A stretch of DNA of 29,373 nucleotides from Candidatus Iainarchaeum sp. (GCA_030649345.1 JAUSKK010000048.1:1-29373), one strand, 5' to 3'; positions 1 to 8,255 are shown, counted from the first letter of the stretch. The notes: generated from the sequence alone by a model not told the origin. Program-made: numbers and translations.

Positions 1-1248
1 AATGCAAAAATTGGCATCATGCATGTGCCTGTGTTCAATACTTAGCCTATCTAAATCAGCCTCAATTTTTTTTACCTGCATTCTAACAATTGGACCAAAT
101 TTTTCTTCATTTTCAGGAAAACTTAAAAAAGCATGAACTGAAGGACCCAATACTTGTGAAAATACACGCACACTACCCTGTTTCAACTTATCTCTGCTTT
201 TTTCAATTGGCCCCTTACTCACACGCAAACGACCATTCTTAGACTTCAAAATCGGCTCTGTAGGAATACCTGCATCCAATGCTTTTTTCCAAGCAGCAAA
301 TGATTCAGGAGAAACATATCGAACAATAGCCTTGCCAGTCAATGAACTGCCCAATAAAACAGTTCTAGAACCAGTTTTATTAAAAACTCTGCGAACTATT
401 TTTTGCCCATCATTAAAAAAATTGGCACGCGCATCACGGTACAATCGATGCTCATGCCATTTTGAACCAAATTTAGAATCTAAAATATCTAAGAGTTTAC
501 CACCCCGATAATTTCGAACAGTAAGATCAGTTTCCAAAGCAATAGACTTAATCAAATTACTGTATTTAGCATATCCTAAATTTGCCACAGCACTGGCCGC
601 TGCCAAACGAATTCTAATATTAAAATCATTCAACCACAAATCAGACAATACACCAATAGAATCTTTACTTCCTATTTTTCCTAAAGAATTAATAGCCGCA
701 GACATCATTTGGCTAGCATCAATACGCCCTTCTTCAAATTCAGAGCCAGATGCAATTTTTTCCAATAACGGAACCGAACGCTTAGAACGAATATCCCCTA
801 ATGCAGTAATAGCAGTTGCACGAACTTTGAGCGACGATCGATCACTTTCAGCAATCCGCTCTAGCATAGGAATATATTTCTTAGGATTCGAAACACGAAA
901 ATTCAAAATACGAATAGCCAAAGAACGAATATCCGGATTTGATTCACGTAAAGCAATTTGTTCAACTAAAAAAACAAGATTTTTAGGCAGCATTGAAAAA
1001 CGCCAGTGATTGAGCACAGCAGATTCACGAACAGGTTCATCAATAGATAATAACTTTTCAGCCGAAGCACGCTCAGATTCAGACATGCATTCAAAAAGTT
1101 TTCTAACTTGCGGAGAATCTTTCAGAATAGATAAACGACGCCAAAACGGATTATACAAGCCCTTACTTTTCAATGGTTTAACTTGAGCACGTAATACATT
1201 AATTTTGCGTACACGAGTAGAAGGCTTTAATTTAGAAAATGGTTTCAT
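1..1248 (-). CDS. Partial CDS whose C-terminus runs off the window start. It has a basic N-terminus, HEAT-like repeats and a C-terminal protein-kinase-like region.
   Basis: I translated the minus strand myself. The frame is open from the ATG at 1248-1246 down to position 1. It is absent from the ORF track because there is no stop in the window. The protein begins MKPFSKLKPSTRVRKINVLR. HEAT-like units include IRSLAIRILNF, VRATAITALGDIRSKRSVPLLEKI, AAINSLGKIGSKDSIGVL and IRLAAASAVANLG. The last ~150 aa (KIVRRVFNK...VFSQVLGPSVHAFL...LSIEHRHMHDANFCI) resemble a small kinase fold. Confidence 0.5.
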   Translation of the reverse strand, partial: MKPFSKLKPSTRVRKINVLRAQVKPLKSKGLYNPFWRRLSILKDSPQVRKLFECMSESERASAEKLLSIDEPVRESAVLNHWRFSMLPKNLVFLVEQIALRESNPDIRSLAIRILNFRVSNPKKYIPMLERIAESDRSSLKVRATAITALGDIRSKRSVPLLEKIASGSEFEEGRIDASQMMSAAINSLGKIGSKDSIGVLSDLWLNDFNIRIRLAAASAVANLGYAKYSNLIKSIALETDLTVRNYRGGKLLDILDSKFGSKWHEHRLYRDARANFFNDGQKIVRRVFNKTGSRTVLLGSSLTGKAIVRYVSPESFAAWKKALDAGIPTEPILKSKNGRLRVSKGPIEKSRDKLKQGSVRVFSQVLGPSVHAFLSFPENEEKFGPIVRMQVKKIEADLDRLSIEHRHMHDANFCI

Positions 1249-1294
1249 ACAAAAGAAATAGAATCAAGAAAATAAAAAGATAATGGAGTGCTTT

Positions 1295-1564
1295 TCACTC
1301 GCATTTCCCATAGCCGCAGTCTGTGTTCATACAGGAATTGCAGCCGTTTTCTATTTTCAATGTTTGTTGTTCGCATTTAGGACATTTATGCAGAGTAATT
1401 CCTTTGACTTGCATGCTTGGAGTCTGCGAAGCTTTGGAGGTATCGGAACCACTAAGTGGTTCCGATTCTGAAACTACTTTTTGCAAAGTAGCTGTTTGCA
1501 TTGAATCTAAATTGCTTTCAGTGACTTCTTCAAAACTAAATTCAGTTGACTCGAATTTGAGCAT
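1295..1564 (-). CDS. Small zinc-ribbon protein equivalent to the Cys-rich C-terminal tail of class II ribonucleotide reductases
   Basis: The C-terminus CPKCEQQTLKIENGCNSCMNTDCGYGKCE matches the CxxC...CxxC...C...C tail normally fused to NrdJ. AAGGAGGA (1577-1570, minus strand) lies 5 nt upstream of the ATG at 1564. The ORF overlaps the nrdJ stop by 23 nt in another frame. Confidence 0.6.
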   Translation of the reverse strand: MLKFESTEFSFEEVTESNLDSMQTATLQKVVSESEPLSGSDTSKASQTPSMQVKGITLHKCPKCEQQTLKIENGCNSCMNTDCGYGKCE

Positions 1565-4412
1565 AGGAATCCTCCTTTTGTTCTTGTGCTTGTTGTTTGG
1601 CTTTCATTTCATGATACAAGGTTGTAAGCGTACCATCAGCTTTGGAAATAATTTCATCTCCTTTGACTAGTTTTATTTCATTATTGGCTAAAGTAACTTT
1701 AAAGGTTTTGTTTTTAACATCTTGGAAAACACTTTTTTTTGAATCTACACTCAAAATTGGATACCGTGAACTGTCTCTGTAAATAGTGATTCCTTTCAAT
1801 CTATGTTTCCAGGCATCTAAGTATATGTTAGAAATAACTTCTGGATGAATATCTTCCGGTAAATTAACTGTAGAAGAAATACTGTGATCAATGTATTTTT
1901 GGCATAATCCTTGAATGCGTACTCTTGCACTGGGCACTACTACATGGGCTGTGCGAAAAAAGTAATCCGGCAAAAAAGTATGCAATTCTTCTTCCGGCAT
2001 ATTTTGTACTTTTTCTAAATCGCCTTTTCCTTCCAAGAAAGCTTGCACTGTGGAATGGAATACTTTAAAGTGTTTGTTTCCAAAACTTTCACTTCTCCGA
2101 GTATAATACAATGAAAAGATAGGTTCAATTCCAGAGCTGACTCCTAAAAAGTTTCTGTTTCCAATTGAAAAACCTAAAACTGCATTGGAGATTGTGCCTG
2201 TAGGCGCAATGGATAAAATTCCAATATTTCGGATTCCTTTTTCTTTCACCAATGCTTGAGTTTCTGGAGTTAAATTTTCTTGAAAGAAAGCACACGGAGA
2301 ATATTTTTCCCAAGAATACAAAGGAGAAGCTCCTTTTTCTTCAGCTAAAAAAGCAGAAGCTTTGTAAGCAGAATTGGCAATAAATTGCATGACTTTTTCC
2401 ATTAACTGAATTCCTTGCTCACTGTCATACCCTAAACCCAATTGATTTAACATGTCTGCAATTCCCATGACACCCAAACCCAATCTTCGCGTTTCTTTAG
2501 CTGCAGTCCGTTGTTTGCTTAAAGGATTTAAAGTTTCATTCCAAGAAACTACGTTATCCAAAAAACGAATACTTTCTTGAGTAATTTGGTCTAATTTTTC
2601 CCAATCCAATTGTGCTTGAGGAGTGTATCCTTCAATTACAAATCTGGATAAATTTAAACTGCCTAAATTACAAGCTCCGCCGTCTTCTAACGGAATTTCA
2701 CCGCACGGGTTCGTAGAAGCAATCGGTCTTCCCACATAATTCGAAGGAGAATATTTAGTCATGGAAGTCCAAAAAATTAAACCAGGCTCAGCAGTTCGAT
2801 AATTTCCTTCTACAAACAAGTCCCAGACATCTCTGGCTTTCACCAATTGTCTAATTTCCCCAGTAGGCTGGCTGTTAAAATATAATAAAAAGTCTCCAGC
2901 AAATTTAATGGCCAATTCTTCATCTTGATCTGGAACAGAAACATTAAAATCTCCAAACAAGTTTCGTTTATCTGAATTTAACAAGTCTTCTTGAGTTACA
3001 GTGGTTTGGTATTTGTCATTCATCCATTGATTGAATGTAGAAAAATTGTCAAAGTTTTCCAGCAAAGTATATTCTTCAATGTTTTTGGATGGAATACCAT
3101 AACTGTAATGATGGTCTTTGTCTTGCATTCCGGAAGGAATTATTCCTTGTTTTTTATGGTAAACTAAAATAGAACCTTTTCCAAAAGTATTTTGTTCTTC
3201 AACTGCTCGCATGAATTCATCGGAAACTTTTAAGCTAATATTCGCAAAACGTATCTGTGTATTTTCGCGAACTTGTCGTTCAATTTCCTGCAATTGTTCT
3301 TCGGAAAACTTATTGGACCATTTGCATTGTTCTACAATTTGTTTGGTCACCCAATTTGGATTTTTTTTAATTTTAACAAAATGCATGACATCCGGATGCT
3401 TTACATCAATGGTTAACATTAAAGCTCCGCGTCTTCCGCTTTGACCAATCAATCCAGTCGTCAAAGAATATAATTCCATAAACGAAGTACTGCCTGTGCT
3501 GGTGTCAGCTGCATTGTGTACTAAAGAACCGGAAGGACGTAAACCAGAAATGTCTACTCCGATTCCGCCGCCGTATGAATAGGTTCGAGCACATTCACTG
3601 GCAGTCTTGTAAATGGCTTCCAAGTTATCGTCATCAATTAAGGAAACAAAACAATTCGCTAAAGTTTTCAATCTATACAAATCACCGGAACCAGCAATCA
3701 CTCTTCCGCCAGGCAAAAAATATCCTTGATATAACATTTCATAAAAGCGGCTGGCCCAAAACATTTGTTTTTTTTCAGTAACTTCTGCAGAAGCAATAAA
3801 GGAAGCCAGTCTGGTGAATAAATCTTCAGGTCTTTGTTCAATCATTTTTCCGTCTAAATTTTTTAAAAAATATTTCTTTTCATAAATACTTTTAGCCAAT
3901 TCATTGCCGCTCAAATAATTGTCGTCCGGATGGGTGGATAATTCTTTAGAGTATTGCATTTTTTTCAAGCCAAACAACAAAGTTTTGTAGTCTACAATTC
4001 GTTCGGCTCCAATGAGTTTAGATAATTTGCTTTCGTATTCAAACATTTTGTTTAATTCAGAAAAATACCATCGATCGTTTTCCGGCAAAGATTGAATATC
4101 CAAGGTTTTGTTGGCATCCCGCAATTCTTGGTGTTTTTTTCTATACAAAATATAGGCTTTGGCTGTCTTGGCATGTCCTTGTTCAATTAAAACTTTTTCA
4201 ACAGTATCTTGAATGTGTTCAATGGAAGGAATATCTCTAGGAGATAAAGTTCTGGATAATTCAGCTAAAACTTGACCGGCTAATTCTTCGGCTTTAGCCC
4301 AGTCTTTTCCGCCTACAGAAGAAGCTGCAGCAAAAATGGCTTGAGCGACTTTCTTTTTGTCAAAAGAAACAATTCTGCCATCGCGCTTTAATACTTTTTC
4401 AAACCCAACCAT
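1542..4412 (-). CDS. nrdJ: Adenosylcobalamin-dependent (class II) ribonucleotide reductase with N-terminal ATP-cone
   Basis: The N-terminus has an ATP-cone (VLKRDGRIVSFDKKKVAQAIFAA). The active-site block is TNPCGEIPLEDGGACNLGSLNLSRF, and SSTVNLPEDI is also present. The product is 956 aa. AGAGGAA lies upstream of the ATG. Confidence 0.9.
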   Translation of the reverse strand: MVGFEKVLKRDGRIVSFDKKKVAQAIFAAASSVGGKDWAKAEELAGQVLAELSRTLSPRDIPSIEHIQDTVEKVLIEQGHAKTAKAYILYRKKHQELRDANKTLDIQSLPENDRWYFSELNKMFEYESKLSKLIGAERIVDYKTLLFGLKKMQYSKELSTHPDDNYLSGNELAKSIYEKKYFLKNLDGKMIEQRPEDLFTRLASFIASAEVTEKKQMFWASRFYEMLYQGYFLPGGRVIAGSGDLYRLKTLANCFVSLIDDDNLEAIYKTASECARTYSYGGGIGVDISGLRPSGSLVHNAADTSTGSTSFMELYSLTTGLIGQSGRRGALMLTIDVKHPDVMHFVKIKKNPNWVTKQIVEQCKWSNKFSEEQLQEIERQVRENTQIRFANISLKVSDEFMRAVEEQNTFGKGSILVYHKKQGIIPSGMQDKDHHYSYGIPSKNIEEYTLLENFDNFSTFNQWMNDKYQTTVTQEDLLNSDKRNLFGDFNVSVPDQDEELAIKFAGDFLLYFNSQPTGEIRQLVKARDVWDLFVEGNYRTAEPGLIFWTSMTKYSPSNYVGRPIASTNPCGEIPLEDGGACNLGSLNLSRFVIEGYTPQAQLDWEKLDQITQESIRFLDNVVSWNETLNPLSKQRTAAKETRRLGLGVMGIADMLNQLGLGYDSEQGIQLMEKVMQFIANSAYKASAFLAEEKGASPLYSWEKYSPCAFFQENLTPETQALVKEKGIRNIGILSIAPTGTISNAVLGFSIGNRNFLGVSSGIEPIFSLYYTRRSESFGNKHFKVFHSTVQAFLEGKGDLEKVQNMPEEELHTFLPDYFFRTAHVVVPSARVRIQGLCQKYIDHSISSTVNLPEDIHPEVISNIYLDAWKHRLKGITIYRDSSRYPILSVDSKKSVFQDVKNKTFKVTLANNEIKLVKGDEIISKADGTLTTLYHEMKAKQQAQEQKEDSYAQIRVN

Positions 4413-4490
4413 CCCAATTCCTCTTTCCTTTTGTTCCCAAAAACTAAAATTTTTAAAAAAAACCTAGACAAATAATAAATGCGGCAGAGG

Positions 4491-4498
4491 TTTATAAA
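4491..4498 (-). promoter_or_regulatory. Candidate TATA box for nrdJ
   Basis: TTTATAAA lies about 80 nt upstream of the nrdJ ATG in an otherwise gene-free spacer. Its position is compatible with a ~50 nt leader. Confidence 0.3.
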
Positions 4499-4668
4499 GT
4501 TACCTTGAAAAGTTTTCTTTCAAACTTTTTTGGAAAAAAAAGTTGTCAAACTGAAGCACAAAATTCGGGAAAAAAAATTAATTTCAAAACAAAATGAATG
4601 AAAATTTTGGAAAAACCCCAGCTTGTTTTGCACTACAAATCTAGTTTGTTTTGCACTGCATTTCCAGC

Positions 4669-4980
4669 TTATTTTGAGCTTTGTTTAACCCAGTCTAGGA
4701 AGTCTTTATTGCCATCTAATTTAAAGAAAGCTATAATCGGACATTGGTCGGAAGAAAGCCTTTGAACAAGCTTTATAATTCGGGTTTTGTGGTTAACCAA
4801 ACAAAAAGCTTGGACATTGTAGTATTGTTTGCTCGCCAGCTTGTTTTTCCACCAATAGCCTGAATCTCCTTTAATAATCAAGTAACCTGCAATTAGCCTT
4901 TGTTTTAGCAAAGTTTTCGAAATTTGTTCTGCTTCTTTTTTAGAAATTGCAGTAATTAAAACTTGGCAAACAGAAGACAT
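4669..4980 (-). CDS. cutA: CutA1-like divalent-cation tolerance protein
   Basis: The ORF is 103 aa, with CutA-like size and pattern: ITAISKKEAEQISKTLLKQRLIAG...SGYWWKNKL...K...QCPIIAFFKLDGNKDFLDWV. Confidence 0.65.
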   Translation of the reverse strand: MSSVCQVLITAISKKEAEQISKTLLKQRLIAGYLIIKGDSGYWWKNKLASKQYYNVQAFCLVNHKTRIIKLVQRLSSDQCPIIAFFKLDGNKDFLDWVKQSSK

Positions 4981-5040
4981 AACTTAATCCAAGTAAAGCT
5001 TTATTTAAAACTTTGGAATCCATAGTATTTACGTGAAAAT

Positions 5041-5982
5041 TTGACTGAAATATGGGATTGTATTATTTTAGGTGGATCGGGTGCAGGAGCTGCTGCTGCA
5101 ATTTATGCTGCACGAGCTGGATTGAAAACTTTGGTTGTAACCAAAGATTTTGGCGGACAATTATTGAATACAGAATTTGTAGAAAACTATCCAGGCATTA
5201 AGCATATTGGCGGACTAGAAATTGGAAAAGCTTTAGAAGAACATGTGCGAGCTTACGAAAAAGAAGGATTAAAGGTTGTGCTAGATCCCATTGTTCGGGT
5301 GGAGAAAAAAGACAAATTATTTGAAGTAGAAACTGATATGGAAGGAACTTATTTTGGAAAAACAGTTATTTTGGGAACTGGAATGAATCCAAAAAAATTA
5401 AATGTTCCAGGTTCAAAAGAATTTGATTCCAAAGGAGTGCATTATTGTGCAACCTGCGATGGCCCAATCTATAAAGGAAAAGAAATGATTGTGGTTGGCG
5501 GAGGCTATTCTGGAATTGAGCACGCCCTATATTTGAGTGGAATTGCCAGCAAAGTGTATGTCATTGAATTCAATTCTGTTTTAGGCGGAGAAGAAATTAC
5601 GCAAAAACAATTATTGAAACAAAAAAATGTAGAAATTTTATTGAATACTGAAGTGCAGGAAATTTTTGGAACCAAGTTTGCAGAAGGAATTAAAGTCAAA
5701 GACCGAAAAACTGGACAAGTAAAAGAAATTAAGGCTCCTGGAATTTTTATTGCCATAGGTCAAGTGCCGAATACAAAATTTTTAAAATTTTCTTTGAGTG
5801 AAAATAAAGGCGGAGAAATTATTATTGACGAAAAAAACAGAACCAATATCGAAGGATTGTTTGCAGCCGGAGATGTAACAACTTACCCCATCAAACAACT
5901 TGTCACAAGTGCAGGCGAAGGATGCAAAGCTGCATTGTATTGCAATGATTATTTGAAAGGAAAAATTAAATGGAACGATTGA
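5041..5982 (+). CDS. trxB: Thioredoxin-disulfide reductase
   Basis: It has an FAD-binding GGSGAGAAAAIYAARAG motif, the redox-active CATCDG, a second Rossmann motif VVGGGYSGIE, and C-terminal FAAGDV. The start codon is TTG. Confidence 0.9.
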   Translation: MTEIWDCIILGGSGAGAAAAIYAARAGLKTLVVTKDFGGQLLNTEFVENYPGIKHIGGLEIGKALEEHVRAYEKEGLKVVLDPIVRVEKKDKLFEVETDMEGTYFGKTVILGTGMNPKKLNVPGSKEFDSKGVHYCATCDGPIYKGKEMIVVGGGYSGIEHALYLSGIASKVYVIEFNSVLGGEEITQKQLLKQKNVEILLNTEVQEIFGTKFAEGIKVKDRKTGQVKEIKAPGIFIAIGQVPNTKFLKFSLSENKGGEIIIDEKNRTNIEGLFAAGDVTTYPIKQLVTSAGEGCKAALYCNDYLKGKIKWND

Positions 5983-5983
5983 A

Positions 5984-6610
5984 ATGCCTAGAACACCTGT
6001 TCGAAGATTAAAAAGAAGACCTGTTGGCCGCGAAGGATGGAAACGAATTATTCGAAATGCAGGAACTATTGCAGGCTTAGCTGGTTTTACTGCAGCTGGA
6101 CATATTGCATTGGAAACACGAGACATTGATCAAAGAACTAGCATGATTGGACATACTGCAAGAATGAAACGAGACATCGTAGAACAAGCACGGCCAAAAC
6201 CAAAGCCAGGAAAACCAGAACTTTCACCAGCTGAACGATTGCGCATAGCCAGAGAACAAGATCGACAGCGTGAAGAACGAATGGCAAAATTTGATAAAAA
6301 AGAAACAGATCGTTCTTCACTGATAACGCGTATTCGATTTGCACATGCTTTCAGAAGTCCATTGCATGCATTTGCAGAAGAAGTAAGTTATAGACCTCAA
6401 CGATTTGATTCATGGATTGGCAATCCAAAAATAGATGCATTTCTTCTTGGCCTAGGTGAAAAAAGAGAAACAGCTCGCGGACAAGCATTAAACGAAATTC
6501 AACAACGCTTAAAAGATTTAGCTGACAAAAAAGGCAAAGGCAGGCCTAATTATTACGATCAACGAATTAAAATAATTGCAGACATAATTGAAAAACATAG
6601 TGGTAGTTAA
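5984..6610 (+). CDS. Hypothetical protein with an Arg-rich N-terminus followed by one Gly/Ala-rich hydrophobic helix
   Basis: The ATG lies 1 nt after the trxB stop. The protein begins MPRTPVRRLKRRPVGREGWKRIIRNAGTIAGLAGFTAAGHIAL, followed by a charged helical region. I recognise no family for it. Confidence 0.5.
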   Translation: MPRTPVRRLKRRPVGREGWKRIIRNAGTIAGLAGFTAAGHIALETRDIDQRTSMIGHTARMKRDIVEQARPKPKPGKPELSPAERLRIAREQDRQREERMAKFDKKETDRSSLITRIRFAHAFRSPLHAFAEEVSYRPQRFDSWIGNPKIDAFLLGLGEKRETARGQALNEIQQRLKDLADKKGKGRPNYYDQRIKIIADIIEKHSGS

Positions 6611-6623
6611 TGGAGGAATTAAA

Positions 6624-7112
6624 ATGCCGGTACGACCTAAAAAATCTTTTATTCGAAGGAATGCAAAACGCATAGGCATTGGACTTGCAGTTGCAGGAGC
6701 TGCAGTAGGCATAGCTAGAACAAGCCCAGTACAGCGAGGAATTGCAAGAGTCAAAACAACAGTGGCAGGAAAAAGACTGGAACGAATGACTCCAAAAGAA
6801 CAAATTAAAAGCCCGGAATTTGTGAAATCTGGAAAATTTATAAAAGAAATGACTACAGCAAATCCTGGTCTTTCTAGTTTTTTAGAAAGCGCTTTAAATA
6901 TTGAAGCACTAGCAGAACTTTCAACCGATCCAAAAGCTAAAAAACTGCTTACCGGAAAAGATCCAGAAAGCGTAAAAAAAAGAACTGGATTAACTGCAAA
7001 AATTACAAACAGTTATTTACAAGCCCTTCAGCAATTCGGCGGTCCAACCCGTGAAGGACGTGAACACGCGCAAAGAGAAGTAATAAGAGTAATTTATGCG
7101 ACTGCAGATTAA
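6624..7112 (+). CDS. Hypothetical protein with the same N-terminal architecture as the preceding ORF
   Basis: GGAGG at 6612-6616 lies 7 nt upstream of the ATG at 6624, so I prefer this start to the track start at 6588. The protein begins MPVRPKKSFIRRNAKRIGIGLAVAGAAVGIA. Confidence 0.5.
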   Translation: MPVRPKKSFIRRNAKRIGIGLAVAGAAVGIARTSPVQRGIARVKTTVAGKRLERMTPKEQIKSPEFVKSGKFIKEMTTANPGLSSFLESALNIEALAELSTDPKAKKLLTGKDPESVKKRTGLTAKITNSYLQALQQFGGPTREGREHAQREVIRVIYATAD

Positions 7113-7132
7113 CAAACTTCACTGAAAAAAAG

Positions 7133-7894
7133 TTATTGTTTAACTAAGCTCAATAATTCCGCGTGAATATTTTTATTTCCAGCAATAATGTTTCCGGAAT
7201 AAATCGAATTCACTCCATTAAAGTCTGTAACTTTTCCTCCGGCTTCTTCGATAATGATTTTTCCGGCTGCAATATCCCAAGGCTTAACTGCAGCTTCCAT
7301 TAAGCCATCTAAAAAACCTTGAGCAAGATACGAATAACCATAGCCATTATCGGCTGTACGCATATGAAAAGATTTCAAAGAAAGATCTGAAAGAAAATTC
7401 AAATAATTTCGTTTAGTAAAAGAAGACAAATTTCCTTGTGCAATGGTTGCTTGACTTAAAGAAGAAACTTTGCTGACTTGCAATTTTTTATTTCCGATAA
7501 ACACACCTTTTCCTTTAATGGCCCAAATGGTTTCATTCACATACGGCAAATGAATTACGCCTACAACTATTTCTCCTTTTTTCTGCAAAGCAATTAAAGG
7601 ACCAAACCATGGTAAGCCTCGAACAAAGTCTTTGGTTCCATCCAATGGATCAATAATCCAAACATTTTCGGCACTGGAATTGGTTTCACCAGATTCTTCA
7701 GCTAAAAAACCATGCAAAGGAAATTCATATTTCAAAATTTCTAAAATTTTTTTCTCTGACAATTGATCTGCAATGGTTACAGGAGAACCATCTTCTTTAA
7801 TTTCTGTTTTAGGATTTTGTCGAAAATAATTCATTTGAATTTTGCCAGCAGCCAAAGCAGCTCGGACAGCAGCATCTTTTTCTTGAAACAACAT
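7133..7894 (-). CDS. Inositol monophosphatase / FBPase family protein (paralog 1)
   Basis: Motifs are FLAEESG, WIIDPLDGTKDF and WDIAAG. Confidence 0.8.
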   Translation of the reverse strand: MLFQEKDAAVRAALAAGKIQMNYFRQNPKTEIKEDGSPVTIADQLSEKKILEILKYEFPLHGFLAEESGETNSSAENVWIIDPLDGTKDFVRGLPWFGPLIALQKKGEIVVGVIHLPYVNETIWAIKGKGVFIGNKKLQVSKVSSLSQATIAQGNLSSFTKRNYLNFLSDLSLKSFHMRTADNGYGYSYLAQGFLDGLMEAAVKPWDIAAGKIIIEEAGGKVTDFNGVNSIYSGNIIAGNKNIHAELLSLVKQ

Positions 7895-7979
7895 GAAGGA
7901 AACAGGAAAGGAAAACTAGAAAAAGGAATGGTTCAATCGCTGCATTTTCTTTTTGAATGAACTGCATACCTTCAGTTTC

Positions 7980-8007
7980 GGGCTATCGAACGAAGTGAAG
8001 ATAGCCC
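7980..8007. other. Conserved hairpin element, copy 1
   Basis: The sequence is GGGCTATC-gaacgaagtgaa-GATAGCCC: a perfect 8 bp stem with a 12 nt loop, followed by ATTTTCTTTT. It has the same architecture and loop consensus as 8745-8772. Confidence 0.45.
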
Positions 8008-8079
8008 ATTTTCTTTTGGAAACTTGCTGCAAAATCCTTGATTTTGCACATATGCAAAATTTTCAATTTTGCAGTATAG

Positions 8080-8100
8080 CTTTTCTTTTTTAAAGAAAAG
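8080..8100 (-). terminator. T-rich hairpin immediately 3' of tRNA-Gln
   Basis: On the minus strand the tRNA 3' end is followed by t-CTTTTCTTT-aaa-AAAGAAAAG, a 9 bp stem. The oligo-T tracts fit archaeal termination signals. Confidence 0.4.
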
Positions 8101-8101
8101 A

Positions 8102-8174
8102 TAGCCCCGAGGAGATTCGAACTCCTGTCAACGGGTTCAAAGCCCGGCATACTTGGCCACTATACGACGGGGCT
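8102..8174 (-). tRNA. tRNA-Gln (anticodon UUG)
   Basis: I folded it by hand. The acceptor stem is AGCCCCG/CGGGGCT and the D arm is GTAT-AGTGGCCAA-GTAT. The anticodon arm is CCGGG-CTTTGAA-CCCGT, with a 27:43 mismatch. The T arm is AGGAG-TTCGAAT-CTCCT and the discriminator is A. It is 73 nt with no encoded CCA. Confidence 0.85.
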
Positions 8175-8193
8175 ATACTTGGAAATAAAATCG

Positions 8194-8217
8194 TATACTA
8201 TAGCTTTATACTATAAA
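8194..8217 (-). promoter_or_regulatory. Candidate TATA region for tRNA-Gln
   Basis: On the minus strand, TTTATAGTATAAAG and ATAGTATA end about 20 nt upstream of tRNA position 1. This spacing fits a near-leaderless tRNA transcript. Confidence 0.35.
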
Positions 8218-8255
8218 TAATAGTAAAGAATTAAATTAATTAAAGCAGTGGTTGA

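Noticed and set aside
1542-4412. A possible intein or other insertion in the 956-aa RNR.
   Set aside because: I saw no intein block motifs (a C/S...TXXH...HNC/S-type junction) in the translation. The length is accounted for by the ATP-cone plus the class II core.
7998-8107. AAGATAGCCC occurs at 7998-8007 (the 3' arm of hairpin copy 1) and at 8098-8107 (the tRNA-Gln 3' end plus trailer). I considered this as an att-site duplication from an integrase-mediated insertion into the tRNA.
   Set aside because: Only 10 nt are shared. The copies are 100 nt apart with nothing mobile between them, and no integrase is nearby. A chance match or a local structural constraint is more likely.
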